Assembly (NCBI RefSeq): GCF_000143415.4 | Contig: NW_003314645.1 | Span: 1-7,954, forward strand | From: Selaginella moellendorffii | Taxonomy: Eukaryota; Plantae; Lycopodiophyta | DNA length: 7,954 bases | Direction: 5' to 3' | In this document: positions 1 through 7,695 of the stretch, one piece after another | Layout of the letters: each line of letters begins with the position of its first letter | How positions within the stretch are numbered: the first letter of the stretch is position 1 | The notes under the pieces: generated by a model | Database searches by the model: none | What the model was told of the DNA's origin: nothing | What the model saw: only the letters and a program-made list of their open reading frames with translations | Translations under genes and position numbers: made by a program

Positions 1-1418
1 CAGACATCAAGGCCGTGTCTTTCGTCGGATCGGACAAGGTTGGTTTGTCGTGAAATTTTGTCGGTTTAGAGTGAATGCCATCTTTTAATAATTTTTATTT
101 TGGAACGCAGGCTGGCATGCACATCTACTCTCGTGCAGCTGCTACGGGCAAACGAGTTCAGGTAAGCTGTCTCCGTGGCTTTGAACCGAAACCAACATTT
201 CCGAGTGTTATTCTCAGTGCAACATGGGGGCCAAAAATCACGCGGTGATTATGCCTGATGCATCGGCTGAAGCGACAATGAATGCTTTAACTGGTGCTGC
301 CTTTGGAGCCGCTGGCCAGCGTTGTATGGCCATCAGTACTGCAGTATTCGTTGGCGATTCAAAGCCTTGGTAAGAACAACTTTTTTCCCTTTGTATGATA
401 TTTTTTACTCGTCGTCGTCTACACAGGGAAGAGGGCTTGAAACAGCGGGCAATGAAATTGAAAATCGGCTGTGGCACAGAGCCCGGTGCAGATCTTGGCC
501 CAGTTATAAGTAAACAGGTAAGAGCAACTAGTAGCTTTTGGTGGTTAACTAGATCTTGGCAGTTCAGGCAAAGGAGCGTATTTGCAGCCTCGTCGAGAGT
601 GGGCTGAAAGACGGCGCGCGAGTTGTTCTTGATGGTAGAAATGTCGAGGTAGGCACTTGCATTGGTTCCTCGCGAGAGAGAGAGAGAGAACTTACAAGAC
701 GTATCAGGTTCCCGGCTTTACAAGTGGAAACTTTGTTGGGCCAACTATACTAGCCGATGTTAGACCAGACATGGATTGCTACAAGGTATGGTCTCTTTTG
801 ATAAGAATGTCGTGAAGACTGAACACCAGTTGTCACTTTAGGAAGAGATATTTGGCCCAGTTTTACTTTGCTTAAAGGTGAGTTTGATTCAAGTCTCGGT
901 TGTGTTACATGAGTACTTACAATCCCAACGCAGGCAGAGACACTTGAAGAGGCGATTGAAATTGTAAATAGTAACAAGTAAGAACGTTTTTTGAGTTTCG
1001 CTCGCGATGATTCTAATCAGATCGTGTATAGATACGGTAACGGGACTGCCATATTCACGACGTCGGGCCCGGCAGCGAGGAAGTTCCAACACGAGATTGA
1101 TGTTGGCCAGGTCGGAATTCTCTCTTTCCAGTGAAACATCTTATTGATCCAAGCGTTAAATCTTTCCAGGTAGGGATCAACGTCCCAATTCCAGTGCCTT
1201 TACCATTCTTCTCCTTCACGGGCTCGAGGGGTTCATTTGCGGGCGACCTCAACTTCTATGGTAAGGTGGTGGAAACGTTTCGAGCTCTTAAGTTTTTGCT
1301 TGGATTCGCAGGCAAGGCTGGAGTCCACTTCTTTACTCACATGAAAACCGTGACGACGCAGTGGAAAGACAGTCCAGGAGGCGTCACAATGGCGTTCCCG
1401 ACCTCCCAAAAGGTGTAG
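1..1418 (+). CDS. ALDH6B: Methylmalonate-semialdehyde dehydrogenase (CoA-acylating), ALDH6 family; 5'-partial, 11 exons visible
   Basis: Hand-spliced exons <1-38, 111-161, 218-369, 427-517, 568-648, 708-785, 842-877, 934-977, 1032-1110, 1170-1260, 1312-1418 (all GT-AG) give [37 protein letters not shown]...[14 protein letters not shown]...EEIFGPV...[12 protein letters not shown]...[41 protein letters not shown]...PTSQKV*. The catalytic Cys is at 323-325. NMGAKNH in place of ELGGKS, together with GINVPIPVP, is diagnostic for MMSDH. Confidence 0.96.
674..689 (+). repeat. (GA)8 microsatellite inside ALDH6 intron 649-707
   Basis: gagagagagagagaga read directly. Confidence 0.9.
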
Positions 1419-1526
1419 AACACACAACAATGTGATATAAAAGGCCAGCGGCTCATTATTTTTGGTTTCCTTTGAATTCAATCTCCTTGTGTTCTCTGCT
1501 GAAAAATCTGTAAGTGAATTTTCAGA

Positions 1527-1532
1527 AATAAA
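1527..1532 (+). promoter_or_regulatory. Candidate AATAAA polyadenylation near-upstream element for ALDH6
   Basis: AATAAA about 110 nt downstream of the ALDH6 stop, inside the 161-nt convergent spacer. Confidence 0.4.
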
Positions 1533-1579
1533 AGTGGATTTCACTCACATAAAAATTGTGGGAACGATGGCGATTGTCG

Positions 1580-3184
1580 CTATTTTGTTTCCTGATCTCC
1601 CTTTGTTTCCTCAGTTCTAGTGTTGGAGGTTTGCTGTTGCTGACTCGTTTGCAAGTAGAAAATGGAGAGAAATGTTGCAGTGAGGTATGGAAACACGGTC
1701 CAAATTCCCTGAGAAAGAAAAAAAAAATTCACTAAGTTTTGCAGCGAAGCTGGTAAAATCTCAAGTACCACAAAAGCTGCTACTCCTGCCAATGCTATTA
1801 CTGGTCGATCACGAAGCATGAAACCAACGCTCATCTGTGACAAGGAGCCCACGGTTTTTGTTTCCCAGATCTTAGAAACGCAAATATATATACCTGTAAT
1901 GGGAGTGTCAGAAGGCCGCCCAAGCAAACTCCCGCAAAGAACTTCGAGGCTTCAATCCCCTAGAACACACGTGACTTATATGTTAGAGAAGCTAAGTTTC
2001 AGGCAAAGAACTTACTTACACTGGCTCCGGCGAGAAATGAAGTTGGATTCCTTGCTCCAACTGAAAATCGCTCGACTGGTGCCAAAATCAAAAGAGTTAA
2101 CTTTGGAGAGAAAGTTGGGCACTAGAATAGCGTACCAAAACCAATGACGTTGCCATAGCGTTGAACAGCTTTAGCGATCTCTTCTAGCTTCTCCCTGCTG
2201 ATTCCTAGCTGCAAAATCGTTTTCACTCAAAGACTCAATCGACTTTTAGCACACCTTGCTGCGGAAAGTCTCCCCAGAACCGGATTGCGCTGTGAGCTTT
2301 CCAGCGTAGAATGGAACCATATCGCTTATACACACTCCCCTGAAAGTCATAGATAGAACGTCAAGGTTGAAAACAAAAAATAAAAACACCACCCACCAGT
2401 AAACCCACAAGATCGTCGACAGAATGAAAGTTCCATTCTGCGAGACAGAAGACCAAAAAACCTCTCGAGTTGAGTTCCAAGTCAAGCTACGAGCAATGGC
2501 TGCTCCAACCTGAAAAAAACTTCCAATTCGAATCGATACAACGAAAGAAGGAAAGCAAACCATCACGAACCCAGACAACGAGCGCTTCCTCACTCACAAA
2601 GAGACCAAATCCAGCAGCCATGAGCAAGAGGAAATAAATCCACCTACACGAGAACGAAGAAAAAAGAATAAGAGAGACCGAAAGGAAAGAAGCATTTGCA
2701 TGCTTACCCGGGAGTTCGCTCTCCCAAAAAGATTTGCCTCCCGAAAATGTTGGCTGTGAAGGAAAATCCCGAGCCGCTACGCGCAAGCTGCGTGGAGCTC
2801 GATACATCCACCGATGTCACTCTCTTTACGGCAATGTATCCCACGAAGAGAAATCCCGTGAGACCGGTGACAACCCCCAGCCACTTCCATCCAATCCTCC
2901 ACCGCTGCTCTTGCTTTTGCGGCACTACTGGCGGTGATTCTTCCAAGAAATCCCGATCATCGGCGGCTGCGCTGCGCCTTGGAACGCTTGCGGATCGCCG
3001 CCTGGATTGCCTGGATCCATTTCTTTCGCAAAGCAAGCAAGGAGAGAAAATATTACCTGACATTGAGAAGAATCGTCGATCGCAATGCCGAGAAATGCTG
3101 GCGCTGGAGACGCGCGTTCTCACATCGGAAATAAGGAGGAGGAGGGACCGTGATCGCGAGCGCCGGCAGCAAGCCCACTGCCAT
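1580..3184 (-). CDS. DedA/VTT (SNARE-associated) family membrane protein, probably plastid-targeted, ~360 aa, 10 exons
   Basis: Exons (minus) 3184-3057, 3001(or 3010)-2708, 2643-2571, 2509-2397, 2339-2255, 2208-2136, 2075-2020, 1959-1894, 1834-1769, 1708-1580 form one open frame of 1083 nt: MAVGLLPALAITVPPPP...RTPGWIYFLLLMAAGFGLFVSEEALVVWVG...WVYWGVCISDMVPFYAGK...VQRYGNVIGFVERFSVGARNPTSFLAGASGIEASKFFAGVCLGG...ETK*. SEE, GxxxSDxxxFYxG, RYG and RFxxGxRxxxxFLAG match DedA motifs. The Ser/Arg/Ala-rich N-terminus resembles a transit peptide. The gene structure is solid; the family call rests on motif recognition. Confidence 0.85.
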
Positions 3185-3209
3185 GGCTGGAAGCTCGCAT
3201 AAACCCTAA
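3172..3209. promoter_or_regulatory. Site II-like motif (AGCCCA, 3172-3177) and telo-box (AAACCCTAA, 3201-3209) at the shared divergent promoter
   Basis: Both motifs are read directly. The site II plus telo-box pairing is a known plant promoter module. Function here is untested. Confidence 0.5.
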
Positions 3210-3277
3210 AAACAGAGCAATGTTAAAAATGGGATATTCTCTTTTAGAACCCAAAACCCTTTTCACAAAGGGGAGAA

Positions 3278-5484
3278 ATGCCACCCTTGGCTATGGCGGC
3301 ATTTCCATCGCCTCGCGGATTCTGGAAGCCGAGCTCGTCGCATTGGCAGGGGCAATGGCGTGGCTTTCGCGGGAGAATGGCGCTGGATCTCGACGAGCAG
3401 GCGAGGATTTCGCTCTCCCGCGCTTGCAAATCCGCCGGCATCGCCGTCGTCGCGCTCTTCTTCTCGGCCGGGGTAAGCCTGAGTGAAAATCCCGCCCTAG
3501 CGGCGCCGGCAGTGGTGGAATCATCGTCAGTGAGGGAAGATTGCGCGTCTTCTTCTCTAGCGGGAGGGATTCCCGACGCCTCGTCGAGCTTGGAGGTAAC
3601 GGATGAGTCTCTTGTGGAATCGGCGTGGGAGCTCGTCAATGATTTCTATCTTGATGCTAGGCACCACAAGTGGTCACCGGATTTGTGGCTGGTAAGTTTT
3701 CCAACTTCCATAGCTTCTTCTCTTTGGTTTTGCAGGAAAATCTCATTCTCGCTTCTACAGGCTCAGAAAGAAAAGGTGTTTCAGAGGCCATTCCAGAATC
3801 GAAAGGCTGCGTACTCGGCTATCAGAGAAATGCTTGCTACACTCGACGATCCATTTACTCGATTTCTAACTCCCGATGAGGTAAAAAAAACAAAAGAGAA
3901 AAATTCTAGCTTTGAGACTTTGCGAGCTAACTCTCTTCTCGCATGCAGGACAGTTTTCCCAAACCTCAAAGTACGATATCACAGGCGTGGGCTTGAATAT
4001 CGGAGAGGTACCGGATGAAAATGGACAAATCCAGCTTAGAGTTCTCGGTATTGTTCTTCAAAGCCCAGCCGAGCTGGCTGGAATTCAGCAGGTTGGTCAG
4101 TGGCTTTCACTCGAGTTCTGATCTTCGCGTGGCAATTTGCTGCTTTTTTCCAGGGTGACGAGATACTTTCAGTGGATGGAAATAGTGTGGCTGGAAAATC
4201 GGCCTTTGCGGTTTCATCTGAGATCCAAGGACGCAAAGGGACTCCTGTTTCAGTCGAGGTATCGTTCGAATTCTATGTTTTCTTCTTTTCTCTTGATACG
4301 CTAAGAGTTTCTCCACGTCCAGGTTCGACGGTCTCAATGTGGAGACGTCCAAAGTTACGTGCTCTATCGCCAGCAAGACTTGCGAAGCCCTGTTTTCTAC
4401 CGTTTAGAGCGTTCTGATGTCGCTAATGAGCGCCGCGGCTATGTTCGGCTCAAGGAGTTCAATGCCTTGACAAAGCGGGACCTGGTCACCGGTAAGAACT
4501 AGCTGATCTTGAAACTCTTGGAACATTGATTCGCCTCTAACCAGGAAAGCACTTGTTGCAGCTTTGATGAGATTGCAAGCATCAGGTGCTTCATCGTTTG
4601 TTCTTGACTTGCGAGACAACTTGGGTGGCCTCGTCCAAGTGAGTAGTGTGGCTTATTTGGCTTCGAAGTGAAACGCTGGTGGACCTTACAGGAAGGTATT
4701 GAAGTGGCCAAGTTGTTTCTGGACGACGGGGAAACCGTGAGTAAAAATCTATCATCTCTTTAAACCATCTGGCTTTGACATAACGCGCAGGTTATATACA
4801 CCACAAGGAGAAATAATGCGTCATTACAAAGTATTGTAGCTAAAGGCCAACCTTTCCTGCGAGCGCCCCTCGTCGTAAGCTTTGTTTCTTCCAACCGGCT
4901 TGTGTTGTGCTCACGTTTCATTCTATTTTGTCAAGGTTTTAGTGAACAACCGGACAGCCAGTGCGAGTGAAATTGTAAGTTTGTGCAGAGAAACGAATAT
5001 AATATGCTTGGAAATCTGGTGCTTTTCAGATGGCTGCTGCTCTCCATGACAACTGTAGAGCTGTTTTAGCTGGTAGCAGGACATTTGGGAAAGTAAGGAC
5101 TAAAAAAAGAAATGATGGTTTCACTGATTTTCTTGCATATCTTGCAGGGCCTGATTCAGTCTGTGTTTGAGTTCAACGATGGCTCTGGTGTAATCTTGAC
5201 TGTTGGGAAATACATGACACCTGCACACAGGGATATTGATGGGAATGGTTTGGAACCAGATTTCTGGAGAATGCCAGGTATTGCATATCAAGAGTCCTTT
5301 TATCTTTCTTTTTGTTCTGTTTTTTTTTTTTTTTTTTTTCTTTTGCCTTTTGTACTTCTTTTTTGTTTGTAATTTTCTAGCTAGGCTCTACGGAATCTAG
5401 ATACAATTCTAAAGTGAAATTTGTACAGGCCACCTTGAAGTGGAGCAGAAGTTGAGAGCTTGTCTTTCAAAAAAGGCATCATGA
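3278..5484 (+). CDS. CTPA1: Carboxyl-terminal-processing peptidase (S41A, PDZ-containing), chloroplast thylakoid lumen, CTPA1-type, ~479 aa, 12 exons
   Basis: Exons 3278-3691, 3761-3880, 3954-4091, 4154-4258, 4323-4491, 4562-4638, 4692-4736, 4791-4874, 4936-4974, 5030-5092, 5148-5277, 5429-5484 total 1440 nt. Motifs: MLATLDDPFTRFL, PDZ (TGVGLNI...SPAELAGIQQGDEILSVDG), GYVRLKEFNA, VLDLRDNLGG, VNNRTASASEI (catalytic Ser), TFGKGLIQ (catalytic Lys). The bipartite N-terminus has a hydrophobic lumen signal ending P-A-L-A. The start may be the ATG at 3293, and the last exon choice is inferred. Confidence 0.94.
5320..5339 (+). repeat. T20 homopolymer in the last CTPA1 intron
   Basis: 20 consecutive T within a longer pyrimidine tract (about 5296-5378). 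Confidence 0.9.
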
Positions 5485-5674
5485 AATTCTTGCTAGCACT
5501 AAAAACAAGAGGAAAAGAAAGAAGAAAAAGCAAATGAAATTTACTTTTTGTATTTGATCTGTTCAATCGATCGATCAAAAAAATAAAAAGTACAAACTCT
5601 TTTAACAAGGCTTTAGAAAAAGGGGAAAAAAAAAAAAGAAGAACCTTTGGCGGAGGAAGAAATTTGCAGTTCTC

Positions 5675-7141
5675 TTAGAACCTCCTCCGCAACGAGCTCG
5701 ACTCCAAACGTGAAGACGCGCTGCTCGCCGAATGCTCTTCGCGATCTTCTTGATCACCGTCTTGCAGTGTTTGCTCATCAGGACCCTGGCTTACATTCCC
5801 CATGCTCCACGAATCCGGGAGCTGCTCAAGACCCGCCGTGACATTCTCGTTGTCCGACGAGTACGAAACTAGCTGTGGATGATCCACGCTGTTGCTGGAC
5901 GACGCCGGCGAGAGAGACGACGGGTTGGCGCACTTGAGACCCGAAACTCCTCCAAAACCACCAGCGAATCCGCCCAGCGCTCGGTACGCAAGCGCTCGCT
6001 CCAAGTTGTCTCTTGGATTCTCGCCCTCCTTCGCTGCTGGCTCTGGCTTCTCCAGGAACTCCGGATAGAAGGAATTCCACCAAGACGAATCCCCTCGCTC
6101 GCACTGGACAGCATCGCCGAGGATCCATCTCGGTAGCGATTCTAGAAAGTCGGTGCGTGCCTGCCGGTCCACCATGTAAGCTAGCAGCGAGCCGAGGCAG
6201 TGTCCTGCGATGATCCCCAGTAGATGGGAACTGGAAGCTTTGCTGGCTATGGATGCAACTAGCTGGCAGCCGCATCCAAAGCATCTCGATCGGACATGCA
6301 AACTGCGAGAGCACAAAATCCCAGTCGGTGAGTCACTGACAGGCCAGAGATGCGAGCGAGTTACCAGAAAGGAACACGGTACAAGAAACTTATAAGAATG
6401 CATTGAGGAAGGAGAACCAACGCCATATCCAGTAGCTTCTGCAGAGATTCGAACGCTGTCAGCAAACCACAGAACTCTCGAAACACGGACGCGCCCACGT
6501 TACTAGTATGATAGAGTTGAAGACCTTCCCAAGACCATAACACGATGGCAAACTGCCAGAGCAAGAGCCTCCTGTTTTGCCTGTACCTGGATGGAGCACG
6601 CACCCCGTGAGAACTTCGTAGCTATTCGAGAGAGCTTACCTCACCATTTAGTGAATAAAAGCTGCGAGGTTATCATCGCCATGCACCACGCAGCAACGCA
6701 AACGTGTGACAAGATCACCACTCCATCTTTGCTCTGCCGAAAAAAGAAACAAAAACAAAGTTTGCAAATGATCTCGAGATGCAAAGACGATAAGAAAACC
6801 AAACGATCACTCACCTGGCCAGCATCAATCGTCCACCAAAGCCGCAAGATGCAAAACGCCAATTCGCAAGCCGCGGGACCGAGATCGTTGAAGTCCGAGT
6901 CGGAACCACATTTCCGGCAATACACCGCTTCCAACCTTCTGTCCTGGAACTTGAGGCTCCACGAGCTAAATCGAACTGGAGTGGCTACCGGATAGTAAAC
7001 CGTGGACACCGCAGCCGCTGCCACAGCTGCTTGTAGCTGAGCATCACCCTGTCGCTGGGCTTCCTTCGCTGCTTCGTGAGCTCTCTCGTACAGCTCCCTC
7101 TCGTGGTCCGAAGCAAAGCCATCAATCTCACCAGTCGCCAT
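5675..7141 (-). CDS. Uncharacterised multi-pass (~6 TM) membrane protein, ~421 aa, 4 coding exons, with an acidic low-complexity C-terminal tail
   Basis: Exons (minus) 7141-6815, 6733-6645, 6586-6365, 6302-5675. GT-AG introns of 81, 58 and 62 nt join three ORF-track frames into one 1266-nt frame: MATGEIDG...SSWSLKFQDRRLEAVY...FTKWYRQNRRLLLWQFAIV...ISFLYRVPFCLHVR...LGSLLAYMVDRQARTDFLESLPRWI...SSLRRRF*. The start context is ccATGG. Confidence 0.82.
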
Positions 7142-7162
7142 GGACAGAGATGAGTATGAAGA

Positions 7163-7195
7163 TTACACGACAACGATTCGAGCCCGAGCAGCCAT
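7163..7195 (-). other. Upstream ORF MAARARIVVV*, in frame with the gene 4 start
   Basis: The minus strand reads aacaaATGGCT GCT CGG GCT CGA ATC GTT GTC GTG TAA. The ATG is 54 nt upstream of the main ATG. Confidence 0.55.
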
Positions 7196-7273
7196 TTGTT
7201 TCTCCTTTCTCTCTGAAAAGCAGAGCTCTGATCCACGGAAGCTTCAGTGCCTCATCATGGAGCACATGGGAAC

Positions 7274-7382
7274 CTAGGAAAAGAAAGAGAAAAACAGCGC
7301 TCATCAGGCACGGAAAGAAGCGAGAAAGCGAAGAAAACAAAAATATTTCCACACATAAAGAGCAAGAACAGCGACATCATAC
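7274..7382 (-). other. Probable 5'-UTR intron of gene 4
   Basis: Minus-strand G|GTATGA donor at 7382, a very U-rich interior, and a ctgtttttctctttcttttcctAG acceptor ending at 7274. No transcript evidence is available. Confidence 0.45.
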
Positions 7383-7561
7383 CCTACGAGCGCCCGGCGC
7401 ACGATATTTCGCCAAGGATCGCGAAATGCAGGATCGCGCAGCCACGAATTCCTCATCCCCGGCGCCGCCACGCAAGAATCATCACAGGAACAAACCAGCT
7501 GATGAGCGACGATCGCTCGCCGCGAGCTGAGACAGCGCCGCGCTCTCCATCGCTTCCCCTG

Positions 7562-7580
7562 CGATCGATCGATCGATCGA
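7562..7580. repeat. (CGAT)4+ tetranucleotide repeat; 7562-7579 is self-complementary
   Basis: cgatcgatcgatcgatcga read directly. Confidence 0.85.
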
Positions 7581-7695
7581 GCCAAAGCCCTAATAAATCG
7601 TCGCGAGAGAGCAGCGATTAGAACCCCTGCCCCACAGCGCCATTGCCTCGCTTCCAAGAGAAGAGAATACCAACCTAGAGAATAGAAACCCAAGC

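Noticed and set aside
1583-1612. Repeated AGGAAACAAA (EETK/QETK) at the DedA C-terminus
   Set aside because: It is a small local duplication in a low-complexity tail with no sign of function.
1818-2147. 109-aa plus-strand ORF
   Set aside because: It lies antisense to DedA exons 6-9 and shows no protein family signal.
2704-3123. ORF-track start at 3123 for the DedA gene
   Set aside because: The start is a GTG. The ATG at 3184 plus intron 3056-3002 gives a canonical eukaryotic model.
2696-3202. 168-aa plus-strand ORF
   Set aside because: It is an antisense shadow of the GC-rich DedA exons 1-2, with no recognisable motif.
3220-3486. 88-aa ORF overlapping the CTPA1 start out of frame
   Set aside because: No evidence that its ATG is transcribed, and the product is an Arg-rich frame-shift shadow. 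It is noted only as a possible upstream ATG.
5826-6314. 162-aa alternative-frame ORF inside gene 4 exon 4
   Set aside because: The splice phase at 6364-6303 selects the other frame. Long alternative ORFs are expected in GC-rich sequence.
6200-6930. CxxC-like strings (CRKC, CFGCGC) as a RING or zinc finger
   Set aside because: After splicing they are far apart and sit in or next to hydrophobic helices. The spacing fits no zinc-finger pattern.
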